DNA of 63,903 nucleotides, counting the filler, from Intoshia linei (Eukaryota; Animalia; Orthonectida): assembly GCA_001642005.1 (NCBI GenBank). It is 4 parts of 4 records of this genome, joined end to end, with 100 filler letters (N's around TTAATTAATTAA, not from the genome) between each part and the next. Parts side by side here need not be neighbours in the genome. Positions count along the whole stretch, not along the records: positions 25,977 to 54,400 come from LWCA01000435.1; positions 54,501 to 63,903 come from LWCA01001363.1; 2 more parts are not named here. One strand, given 5' to 3'. This document shows positions 51,701 to 63,903 of this stretch, one piece after another; within the stretch, counting starts at the first letter, position 1, and the number at the start of each line of letters is the position of its first letter. The notes below the pieces were generated by a model that was not told the origin of the DNA, did not search any database, and saw only the letters and a program-made list of their open reading frames with translations. Both the position numbers and the translations under genes were made by a program.

Positions 51701-53624
51701 AACTCGTTTGATTTAAAAAAAGAATAATTGGTGTTTTTGACTCTGAAGGACTGTTTCGAAAATTGAAATTTGCGATATAACCTCACCCTCAAAAAACTGT
51801 TTTATAAATCGGTATTTGTAAAACCCTATGCATCTTACTTTTTTAAATAAATGGTTACAAACAGACATACATTTTTAGTTGAATTACGTTATATACAGAA
51901 TATTCTTAAATCTATTCATTTTTACAAAAAATCAAATTTTACTAAAAATTTTTTTTTCTAACTTTAAGGGAAAAATCCATATTTACCAAATCTAATAGGG
52001 AAAATCCAGCTTTACCAAGCCTTTAGGGAAAATTGACTCTTCTAAAAATGTATTCTAAAAAAATGCTACAACGTTTGACATGTCCTTCATGAAAAAAAAG
52101 GTTGATGTCATTAATGTTCTGTTAAAAATATTTACAAAGCGAGGAAGACCATTAAAACATATAATAAAACAAATATCAAATATCAAATATTTTATGGAGT
52201 AAATTAAATAAATTATCATACATAATGAATAAAAATTTTTTACTTTTTATTTAAAACGTTTTATTTATTTCATCAGTTTGAGTAAGTAATAAAGTGGTTA
52301 TAACATGTTTATCGATAATATTTCTATTTAAAAAGATTACTTTTTTTGTTTCTGATAATGAGTTTTTATGGAATATTCTGCAATTCAGTAACATTGCTTT
52401 TTTCCTTTTAGGGTAGGAAACAGTGGATTTCATCTTTTAGGGTTAGTAAAACTGGATTTTTCCCTAAGGTTTGGTAAATTTTGATTTTTTGTAAAAATGG
52501 TTAAATTTTAGTAGACTTCTCTTTATATATATATAAGATAAATTACACGGCAATTCTTTTGTAAGTATGTTGAGATCCATAACACCAAACGCATGTTACA
52601 GGTACATATAAAAATTTAATCATATTAATCATGTCTAAAACGGTCATTAATGTTTCTGTATGTATCATTTATCCCAGTCCCATCACTTTCGAGAAAAGGG
52701 CTTACATACCGATCTCCACCCGCGATTGAATGGACCAAAATTAAAATTAGACATAATGTATGCAAAAGATACCTTATCTACACAAGCCACCACTCCCAGG
52801 TCTGGACTTGACAGTTTAAATTTAACAGACAAAATAGTTACGATATTCAAAAACATTATGGTTTAAATGCTAATTTTAGAAAAACGAGACCCGAAGGGTG
52901 TAGGTACGGTAGGTTCGGTTCTGGAATGTTTGAACACGAAAAATGCCTTTTTGTAAAATATAAAATACCAAAATTAACAACATCAAAAATTTTTAAAGTT
53001 TTATCATCCGATATACTAGCAAAATAATCTCCATTTTTATCTGCACACATGTATAAAAGTTTGCCTAAAAATGGAATATAGGTCTAAAAACGATAACAAC
53101 AAACCAGAATGAGCTCTAAACTGTTTAACAAATTCAATCCCTTCAGCTTCTTGTTTTTTCCAAAATTTAATATGACCATTTCGACTGCCACTTATAATGA
53201 AATTTGTTCTATATTAAAAAATACATAAATGTATAAAAAAAATTAAATAAAAAAAACTTTGTAACAATAACAGAAACAACTTTATCTAAATGCATGTAGC
53301 TTTGTTCATATTCATTTTTATTTGGTAAATTGTCCAAGTAAATGGATTCGAATTTGTTGACTAAAATTTAAATTTAAATTAAGTACAGTACGCAATTTGT
53401 ACAAATTCGATCAACGGAATTTTGCTTCTTTAGAAAGGGGTATCTGAAATAACACAAAAAATTTTCCATCAAATTCTGCCACCAATAAATGGAGACATTA
53501 ATTTTTAATATAATAGATTTTTAATGAATATACGCTTTTTTCCAGTTTCAATATATTTGTCAAGTAATTTTAATGTAGTTGAGTCAGCATGGACTTTTTT
53601 TGTTTCAATTTTTTCATTCGTCAT
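48762..53624 (-). CDS. PPWD1: Peptidylprolyl isomerase domain and WD-repeat protein 1 (spliceosomal cyclophilin)
   Basis: YLDNLP..YEQSYMH; [19 protein letters not shown]; [17 protein letters not shown]; [18 protein letters not shown]; [10 protein letters not shown]; [10 protein letters not shown]; [17 protein letters not shown]; [10 protein letters not shown]; stop TAA at 48762. Confidence 0.95.
51896..52521. mobile_element. Foldback-like element with long arms built of ~29-bp repeats (PPWD1 intron); single arms at ~46900-47040 and ~49830-49930
   Basis: Left arm CATTTTTACAAAAAATCAAATTTTAC + (TTTACCAA..TTAGGGAAAATCCA)n is mirrored at 52410-52520; flanks GTTATATA / TTTATATA. Confidence 0.7.
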
Positions 53625-54400
53625 AATCAAATAACAAATTTAAATGTAAAGTTTATTGTAATTATAAATTACTTTACAAAAAATTTTTATCAGTAATTCT
53701 AGAAGAAAAACTTTAAATTTTTTTACAAAGTGTGGTCACTTTATAGAGATTATAAATTTCGGAAGATTGTCATTCGATACCATGTATAATGTCTCAATTA
53801 TTATCAAATTGCAACAAAAATTTACATCAAATTTAACAATGACACAACTTTGTTTTCAACAAAAATTGTGAATTGTGAAAATTAAACGTCACTGTGTCAA
53901 CAAAAATAAAATTACAAATTTCAAAATTGAGCTATAAAATATTAATATTATCTAGTAATTTCAAACATTCGTTGTAATCTAACTACTGGAATGTTGACAA
54001 TATCAATTGATTAATTAAATGTCCATTCTACATTTGTGTATGACTATTTACGAAACAAGATATTAACTATGGTGTCTCATCAAACAAAGTTTATAATACA
54101 CGTCACTTTGATTAATATTAAAAAATAAGTTATATAACAATGAATCGAAATTATATATTTTTTACTTTATTGTTCATATTATTATATTTACCTCACTCTA
54201 CAATGTCAAATTGGCTACATTCGGTAATATACTATGTCATAATAATAATATAATATTATATATACATTAGGGTGTCACACGTTTCTGGGAAACAAGGGTT
54301 CTTAGTTCTTCATTTGTACGATATAAATATTACTACAATATAAATATAGTGAGTTTCGATAAATATTTAATAACACAAAATTATATTTAAAAGTGTTTGA

Positions 54401-54500
54401 NNNNNNNNNNNNNNNNNNNNNNNNNNNNNNNNNNNNNNNNNNNNTTAATTAATTAANNNNNNNNNNNNNNNNNNNNNNNNNNNNNNNNNNNNNNNNNNNN
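54401..54500. other. Artificial contig spacer
   Basis: N-run + TTAATTAATTAA + N-run. Confidence 0.97.
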
Positions 54501-57500
54501 TATTTCTTCAACTATTGACATAATAAAAAAATTAAAGTCACCTGATTGTGACATATACACGTTTAAACGAGCAGTGTTAATTGCACTACGAGTATATACT
54601 CGACTTTTGTCTTAGCGAAAATATCCGCCTGTCCGATAATCCTCACATTGATGAAAAAAAATTTTTCCCCAGATTTCTCTTATGTAGGGAAATGTAGTAA
54701 ATATCTATGGATATTTACTATTTACTAAAGAGATATTGATACTATATGTTACTATACTGTCCAAGAATCTTAATTATTATTTTAAATTATCATTGTATAA
54801 TTAAACACCTATTCGAATAATCGACTTCTTTACAATGGGGAATTCAAAAATCATTAAAAACTAAAATAAATGAGCTGGAAATGAATTTAAAATTAGAAAA
54901 TGGTCCACATAGCATGATAAACACATCAAAGGAATTATTAACATAATTATCCATAGAAAAAAATAAAATCTGATTATATATACAATAAAGTTATATTTTA
55001 AATTTATTCTAACATTTTTGTATGAATTTCTATAATTACATTTGAGGGGGGTAAATATTAACCAATTTCATTTTTTGGGTGATAAATGCTTAAAATCAAA
55101 ATATGCATCTACATGCAAAATGGAATTTCTAATAAAAAAACATCAAAAGTGGACACCTCATTGCCCATGTATGTTCCAACAATTTGCTGAATTCTTTTTC
55201 AAGAATTCTGTAAAATGGGACTATGAATTTTGATAGAAATATAAATCATATAAAAATCGTAATTCTCGAACTTACATTTGAAGATTTGTAAGTATAAATA
55301 TTTTTGATTTGTGTCAGAAATAATTCTTTTTGCAATTAGTGTCGGTTATACCTTAAATCATTTATCTCAGTAAAAACTGACCAACGTAAAAATTTTATAT
55401 TGTGAAATAGTAAATAGTAAAAAATATTGAGAAACAGTGACTTAAACGGTTAATGCGACTTTTACTACAAATATCCTGCCGTCCCAAACTAAAATTGTTT
55501 CAGATTAAATTTTAAATGATAACTTCAAAACTTATAAACTATAACCGAAAAGGGTTCCTATAAGTTACACAACAATACATGTAGGTCCTACGTTATATAC
55601 CCTACGTCGTAGGGTATGATATACAAAAGAAAGGTACAAGCCTTTTTCACGTATTATAAACTCTTATGATGGTAAATTTGACCCTTTTCTATACAGTGGC
55701 ACTTTAATTTTTTAGTAAAAAACAAGATTTCCATATATGGACTTGTCTAAAAAAAATCAGTAGGCTGACTGAACAAATCTCCTTCAATCCATCAAATGAA
55801 ACGTATTATTGTAATTAAAAAAATTCAATTAACACCTTAAAAAATGATCCTTAAGTTGGATTGTTTCTTCAGAGATGATTCTTAAATCATTGAAAAGTGT
55901 ACGAATCTACCAATCAGTAAAAAATATACATTTTAAAATATAAATTTTTTATTAAAAAATTAATAATTACTTTATATGACACATTTTCTAGTCTGCTTCT
56001 AAACAAATGAATAAATTGTGAAAACTATACATTAATTAATACATTGTTGATTACTCCTTAGATTAATTCAGAAATGTATAAATTGAAAAACGTGATTACA
56101 AGTAAAGTGAATATATAAATGAAACGTAAATTATACACAAAAGTATTCGTGAGCGTATTTAACGTTTAATAATTTTTTAAACAAAAGAACACTTACGTAA
56201 ATTGCTAATGTAAATATGAAAATTACATGTCTGTTAAAATTGTTTGTTAAAACAAATTGTTCAATACTGTAAATACTGAATTATTTCAAAATTTATCAAT
56301 TATGTAGTCTGCCTCCAGACTTGTAACAAAAACATTTTCTAGTCATATCTTGTTGAAATTACTAATATGCAAATTACAGATTGGTTATTCTGATTCAGTT
56401 TATACATGAGTAATAATACACAATGTGAATAGAAATGAGTTTGCATTCCTGATTTAATTTAATTAGTAAGATCATAGTTTTCGTGAATTATTTGTTGTGA
56501 AAAATTTTTTCAAATATGAAAATATATATATTTTTAAATAAAATTTCATTGATGGGTGTAAAAGATAATTTAAAAATTTGCTCTAGTCACTTTAATAGAA
56601 TAAAATTTTAAATTATTTATCACTGACGTTGTAAACATTTAAAATTTGTTAGTATTTGTATATTTTTCAACGAGAGCCGAACCGTCACATCTAGGGGCAC
56701 CCAAAATCAAAAATAATCTTCTAAAAAAATTTCACAAATGATGCGTATTCTCATAACCCATCGCTTTAATTCTCTCGACTCGATATTTTAAATTTAACAC
56801 ATAAAATGGTTGTGATATTCAAGAGTATAATTTTTTAATGTTCAATTTTGAAAATTATCCTATTAGAGCTATAATTACATATGAATTTTACTAAAATTAA
56901 TAATTTACATCAACTTAATTATTATAAGTAAATAACACAGATAGTGTTGAGTAAATAGTGTTGACTGACAATGAAAATTATTATCCTTCATCTTTGTCAA
57001 TCATTTGAAATTAAAATTTTATTTTTGTAACTATAGATTTTTAATTAAAATTTAAATAAAAATTTATTTTTTCTATTATTTTAATCACTCTTTATAAAAA
57101 ATTTATAAAATTATGACAGATACCAGTTTTATTTTAAAACATATATTTTTTTTGAATTTGAGTTATTTAAAAATATATATCTATAGACCAGCCCGACATC
57201 AAATCTATCAACCGTTTGTATCCTCTAAATTACAGTGAATTCCCATAAATTTATTGATACAAGATTTTGCCATATAAATTAGTGTAATGATCGTGATTTT
57301 ATTTCTAATACAATAAATTTTATATCAAATACTCTTAAATTTCAATTTTTTATGTCAAGCATACTAAATCCACTTAATCATATCCATAAAACGATCATAA
57401 ACCATCATAAAATAAATTGGAAAAATATAGTGAAATAGTTTACCTTGCAATTCGTCCATAATATTTAAATCAATTTACGAGTTCAAAATTTAATGTGCAA

Positions 57501-59809
57501 TCCTCAACTATAAATAATAGAAACACATCAGAATCTATTGTCATATCTTAAAAATAGACCATTGTATGGTATCATCATTACATTTTATAGTCTAAAATTT
57601 AGACACTACTGAATACTCTCATTATTTCTTTATTTACACGAAAAGTCATGAATTCAATAACCCAATTAAATCATAATAATTTAAATCTTGTTTTAATTAT
57701 TCAAAATGGTAAATAGCGATACATATTAATTTAAACATTATTCATTGTTGTCTCATTTGCATACATTTTTACAATTCTTTAGACCCACAATGATTTTGTA
57801 AAATGATTGATGTTTTCATTTATTATTTAAATATGTAACGCACATGGTTGTTATAAATTGCAGTAATATATAATTGCAGAGTACTCAGGAACAAATCTAC
57901 GGTACATAAGGCCTCACTCACGCGAGCTTTGATACATTTTTGTAAAATTGGCAAAATGCTCCAAATTGGCCAAGTATTATACATCAGGCATTCTTAATTC
58001 TTTTTCGCTCTAGACATTTAAGATGATATTACAAAAAACCTGTGGACCCTTAAAAAAAATTAATAATAATTACAATTTCTAATTAATCATCACATTTGGG
58101 TAAAACGAATGATGGCCAAATAAGATGGAGTACTCTAGTTTTTCGAGATGATAAAGTTGATGAACTATTAATATTAAATAAATTTTTAAATTTTAATACT
58201 AACATTATATTATATTTAATTAATAAGATCCTTGGGATTGACTTTTTTACCAGTAGTTCTACATCAGGTTCTAAATTTAATAAAGCTGGCCTTAGATCTC
58301 CTTTTTTGATAATAAAACTATGTAACTGAATCCACATTCAACTAAATACGTTGATGGGAAGGCAATAAAACAAAGTCGTGCAACTTTCCATAGTTCTGGA
58401 TAATTTTGTGGAACGTCATATCTAATAAATCAGTTAAATTTATAATATGTAATACATGTATATAATTTTCATGGACCCCAAAAAGTGCTGTGGACCCCGT
58501 TGAGAATGACCACATAATTTTTAAAAAAAATCCCTTAATCTTGAACACGTCACTAAAGTAATATTTACATTTTTTTATTAAATATTCTTTATATATATCG
58601 AAAATTTAACATTAATTTTGACATGGTAGCTTCAATGACGTAATTAAAAAAATTATTAATTTCAAACATACTTATGGTGAACTACCAGTGCTGAACCTAC
58701 CATATCTGAGATCCTTCTACCTAGGGATCTCGACGAAAGTTTTTTAAAATGGAGGCTTTAATTTACTAAATTGAGCATTAGAATAATTTTTGAATATCAA
58801 CTAATTTGTGTGTTAAATTTAAAATGTCAACTAGAGTGTCTTAAGAGGTGAATAGGGTTATATCATATGACATATTACTTATATGTCATTATAATTAGTT
58901 TACAAAAATTTTTAAGGGGCAATTTTTTCATTTTAAAAGTGGCCACGAGCTTGCTAGGTTCGGTTTTGGAAACGACTATCGAACTAAGTGAAATCATTAC
59001 ATAGATTACATTTAACACACGTGAAAATTATTCACGTTATTCAGTAAATTTTAACTCCATTTTGATAAAATGATGTTTATGTTCACTAATAATAATAATA
59101 ATAAATGATTGATAATGAATACTATTCCAAATTTATTCATTATTGCTAAAAAAAAATATCTTCATTTTATTTAAAATTTTTCTTGTGGACCACCTAGAAT
59201 TTCCTGTACGCCACTGAGCTAACCCATGGTTTTTAATGATGTTTAAATTCCTTATGATTAACACCAAAAACTATATATAAAGTTAATTATAAACTAAAAA
59301 TTAATTTCGTAAAAACCAAAATGGTCCATAAAGCACGGTAAACCGTCAAATGATTTAAAACGATAGTAAACAACAAAGGTTAATATTAAATGCTTTCATT
59401 TTTTTTGGATAAATGATTAAAATCAAAAAAAACATCCATATGCATTATGGGTATTTCTAATAAAAAAATTAAACCATTAAGCACCCATACTCATTAAAAT
59501 TGAGTACAATTTTGGATAGTTAGTTGTAATAGTATCGAATTAATTCTGATGATATTTAATAGGAAGTGCAGCTTATTCCTAACATTACACAATATATCTT
59601 GATTTATCTAAAATTGTTTCCTAAATCTACAGTAACTTATTGTAATCAAAATTAAGAAATATTTTTATATCACAATTTATATTTTCGCTCAAATCTAAAT
59701 AATAACAAAAAAGTTGAATTGAATCAACGGCAATAAACTTTAAAATTTTCGTAAGCGATAAATTAAATATCGTTCATCTGCGTGTAAATAATTTAAACTT
59801 GTTTAAAAA

Positions 59810-61035
59810 ATGACATTTGACAACAATGATAAACCTGTATCGTTTGGAGAAGAACGTATTGTAGAAGGTCATACAGATTGGATAACAAAAATTATACAAT
59901 GTCCAGAAAAATCAGATTTAATTTTGACGTCTTCTCGAGGTTTAATTTAAATAAAATAACAAATTAAAATTAAAATTTAAAGACAAATCAATAATTTTAT
60001 GGGATACGTCTGACATATTGGATCCTAAAATGATTACTTCCCTTCATGGTCACAATCATCACGTAACCGATATGACCATGTCCACTGATGGAACTCACAT
60101 TGTATCTAGTTCTCGAGATAAAACATTAAGAGTTTGGAACTTACCCACGTATAATTTTTCTTTGATTTTTTTAATTTATTTTTAGTCAAAAAGTTAGCCA
60201 CATATTAAAAGGACACACTGGACCAGTCTTTAGTGTTGCTCTTTCGCATAGTGGTAGACAGATTGTATCTGGTTCTATGGATAAAACAATTAAATTGTGG
60301 AATATTTTGGGACAATGTAAACATACCATCAATCATTCGGTAATATTTATATTGGTTTTTAATTTAATTTGTATCAGAAATATGGACATAAACATTGGGT
60401 ATCAAGTGTAAGGTTGCCACCAAGTGACCGAGAAGATAAAGGAAGAATAATTTCTTGTAGCTGGGATAAAACCGTAAAAATTTGGAATAACATGACATGC
60501 AATTTGGAACAAAGTATAAAAGACACTGACATGTATTTAAATACTGTCGAAGTTTCTCCCGATTCTACTTTGTATGGTAGCGGTGGCAAGGTTTATTTTT
60601 AAATTAATGGTTGATCAACTTTTTTATAGGATGGATGGTTACGATTGTATGATTTAAATAACATTAATACCATTAAATTTGATACTGGTAATGAAATTAA
60701 CGCAATTTGCTTTTCGCCAAATAGATACTTTGTTTGTGTGGCAAGTGGACCTGACATTAAAATTTATGTAATTTTATTTTATGGAGTTTAGCTATCGTTT
60801 TTTAATTTAGGATTTAACGGCTAAAACTCTAGTTCATACGTTGTCTCGAAAACAAAAAATTAGCGATAACCCTAAAAAACGAAATTCTGCTAAAGAATAT
60901 CAGTTGCAACCAAAATGTATTTGTTTGACCTGGAATTTACGAGGTGATGCAATTTATGCTGGTTATACTGATAATAATCTTGTAATATGGCATGCTAATT
61001 GGGACGATGGAATGAATTGGGACATGTCTGGATAA
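59810..61035 (+). CDS. RACK1: RACK1/GNB2L1-like seven-bladed WD40 protein, divergent; six exons
   Basis: GHTDWIT..LILTSSRDKSIILW; [24 protein letters not shown]; WVSSVR; [16 protein letters not shown]; [11 protein letters not shown]; YAGYTDN. Five ~37-43-nt GT-AG introns restore one open frame. Confidence 0.9.
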
Positions 61036-61657
61036 TTGTTTATTAAATTTATTTCATATTTTATGCTATCAATTTTTAAATGGAATAGACGGTGGTATTT
61101 GCCGCAGTTTAAATCCATCGATAAATTGTCAATTGATTTATTTGACACTTAACTTTTTTGGTTTCTTAAAATTACTCGAAACTAAAATATAATTATTGTA
61201 ACAAACAAAAATCATTAAGGACACTATCATTTTTTATACTTAGTGTCTAAAATTACTTTATAAAACGAATATTAATCTTTAAAATTGCCTTTTTGAAAAT
61301 TCGTACGACTTTATCGTCGTTTATTTACGTATTGTGTTAAAAAAATTAAATTCCGTTAGAAAGGTGATACTATTGGCAAATTCCATATTAACGGTAGTTA
61401 AATTTATTTTTTAATTAATAAGGACTTTGGAAATTAGATAATTTTACTCCGGTATGATCTTATTTACCTGATGACTTTTCCAGATGGTATAGATATTCAG
61501 AATTGAAAGGTTTTAGAAACTGATAGATTTTTAGAGTTTATTTTATAGTTCAGGAGATATTCTCCTTATTGGACTTAAGTTTCTTACATTTGTAACTCTT
61601 CTCACAAAATAACATTTATGAATACAGTTGATTTTCTTTAATTTAAAATACATAATA

Positions 61658-62250
61658 CAGTGTGAACTGTAGATAGAGAACAATATGAACCCATTTTTTG
61701 GGACTGTTCACTATTCGATGATAAAGAACAAATTATTATTTAAAGTTGATCAAAATTAGTTTATTTGCAGCTTTGAGATACTAATGAAGTAAAAAAGTTA
61801 GTTGTTATTTCTTTAAATACATATGAAATTATATTTGTAAAAAGTATACAATATAAGTATTATGTTTTTCTTAATCTCTTCATATAATCTGTAATATCCA
61901 AGTTACATCGGTCCAGTTTAAGTTTTGTAATGATTTCTTTTACATAATTCCTAAAGTTTGGAAACATCCGTTTTTGAATTTTGTAAAAACCATGCCTCTA
62001 ATTGATCGATATAACCAGACATTTCAAAAAAAGTTAGAGTAAGAACAATTTCTTCCAAATCATATTTACTATTATTGACTTCACATTTTAATTAGAAATC
62101 ATTAGTATATTTTTCATCGTCAACTTTATCTTTTTCATCCATAAAATTTGAGAAAATATTGTCGACATTAATGTATGAGTTCGAAATTAATTGAATTTGA
62201 TACTTCCTTAAATAATTGATTCACTGCTAAAATTACGGATAACATTAAAT
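61658..62250 (-). mobile_element. Probable pogo/Tigger 3' remnant
   Basis: Decayed acidic reading YINVDN..DEKDKVDDE and terminal LDITDYM with stops, resembling Tigger C-termini; TA|CAGTG end at 61656-61662. Confidence 0.4.
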
Positions 62251-63082
62251 GGCACATACAAAAGAGGCACAACTTAAATAATTATAATTACATAGAAATG
62301 AAAATACAATTGTAGATTATTAGATTAACACAAGTCGAACTTGAGATAAAAGTTACGGAATAAGTGAATTATAAGTAATCTGCAAATTATGTTATTATTA
62401 GTGCATTACAGTAGAAATCTTATGTTATAAATAGGGCAAGTTTTTTTTGGACCTAATAGAAAATTATTTTAACTTTTTGGACTTAAAAATTTTTTATTCA
62501 AAGAGCAACAATTGAAAATAATTATCCTATTTATAATAAATTAATTAAAATTCATTGAAAAAAATAATATTAATTAGTTTAATTTGTTGCTTGTTCTTGT
62601 AACTTGTTCTACGGCAGCTGAAGTTGATTGACAATTTTCCAATAGTTCACATATATGTTACAGGCAATTTGAAAATTTGAATTATTAGTCACGTTGCTAT
62701 TTAACCTAATTAATTAGAGTAAAATAAAAGATTAAAAAATAAGAGATTAAAAATACACAAAATTAAATATAAATATACAATTGAATTATATTTTTTTGTA
62801 AAATGGTTTGTAGGTAAAAAATTAATCTTAATATTTCAGTTTTAACTGGGGTTTGTAGTCTAAATAACTAAGCTTTAATTACCAAAGTTGACTCTAAATC
62901 TCACTCTCCAAATCTTAAATTAAGAAAATAATGAATGCGTTTAACCGATTTTATTAAACTAAGCTTTAGTTACCAAAGTTGCTCTATAGACAATTAATCT
63001 TCACAAATATAATTTTCACATTTCCTGCTGCACGCAGGCAGTTTGGAAATTGCCTGGATTTCCAAACAGCCTGTAACATATA

Positions 63083-63903
63083 CACTGCATTCACGTTTTT
63101 TAGAACATAATGAAATTCATAAGTAATCCAATAAATTGTTTTGAAAAATTAAAAATTATATGAACAGATTAAGATAGGAATGTTACCTAATGGTTTGACA
63201 ATGTAACGATGACTATTGATGCTTTTTAATTAGTTTTTGACATCATAATTGTATCAAAAATTTTTGGAGTGTTTACGTTTATTAGAACATATATTATTAA
63301 GTAAATGGGACGCAGTAAATCGTTAAACGATGATGAAAAATCACAAATAATAAAACTCTTGGCTGATAAAGCCGATGTAGAAGAAATTTGCACAATTCTG
63401 AATAGAAATCGCTACACAATAAGAAGGTTTATCAAAAATCTAAATAAATCAAGAAATCGTATTAAAAAACTCCACCTTTGTAACTTAATATATCGGGACT
63501 ACAGAAATATCAATAGAGAAATGCGAAAGCATCCTCTCCGAACCTCAAAAGAAATATTTTCAGCTGTAGCAATAGAAAGTGTATTAAAAACATCCCGTCG
63601 TAAAATATTGAACAACTTTGGAAATGTAAGAAAAGCTCTTAGAAGACCTCAATTAAAAAAATTCATATAGAAAAACGTTTAAAGTGGGCTCGGTCATATA
63701 TTAAAACTGATTTCTCGACTGTAGTATTCACAGATGAAATGAGAGCCACGCTAGACGGACCAGATGGTTGGTCTCGTGGTTGGGTATGTGACTCAATGCA
63801 AACGCCTGTGCAGATGAAAAGACAAATGGGTGGTGGTGGCATTATGATCTGTAATGGTTCATTAATTGGCCCTATAAGAATCAAAGATGGTATAAAGATT
63901 AAT
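63083..63903 (+). mobile_element. Tc1-family transposon, left end and frameshifted transposase; runs off the window
   Basis: TA|CACTGCATTCAC terminus; HTH ORF 63305-63670, frameshift at ~63655-63665, then HIEKRLKWA..VVFTDEMRATLDGPDGWSRGW..RQMGGGGIM. Confidence 0.92.

Noticed and set aside
676-58548. Numerous 60-100 aa Ile/Phe/Tyr/Lys-rich ORFs in the track (e.g. 676, 9913, 13322, 31507, 32663, 37832, 51496, 55042)
   Set aside because: Expected by chance in very AT-rich DNA, or derived from MITE/Helitron sequence or antisense to real exons.
60963-61620. Minus-strand gene overlapping the RACK1 3' end
   Set aside because: Only short unlinked frames; no coherent spliced model or homology.

Overview
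AT-rich eukaryotic (animal) genomic DNA. The window is not one locus: four contigs (1-5216, 5317-25876, 25977-54400, 54501-63903) are joined by 100-nt artificial spacers (N-run + TTAATTAATTAA + N-run). Genes are fast-evolving and split by many tiny (~30-60 nt) GT-AG introns, so the ORF track shows only exon fragments; the overall style suggests a reduced parasite such as the orthonectid Intoshia (inference only). Hand-spliced genes: FBXL13/DRC6, a myosin II heavy chain 5' end, a SUEL-lectin/CUB-like/sushi-like membrane receptor, a putative insulin-like peptide, a RAD51 paralog, a Ctr copper transporter, an EGF+sushi membrane-protein pseudogene, an internal EML/EMAP fragment, the C-terminal part of mitochondrial GluRS, an orphan two-exon gene, a Di-Ras/Rhes-type GTPase, PPWD1 and a divergent RACK1-like gene. 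Introns and intergenic DNA are packed with often nested transposon relics: a non-autonomous Helitron family, several hAT MITE families with 8-bp TSDs, pogo/Tigger, Tc1, piggyBac, a Gypsy remnant and a foldback-like element. I found no convincing wholly new biological system. The best leads are two 5'-truncated genes diverging from a TE hub, an insulin-like gene with an abnormal A chain, a Helitron-started gag-protease ORF, an apparently intron-bearing piggyBac, the divergent RACK1 and several candidate structured RNAs. All exon boundaries were read by eye and are approximate.
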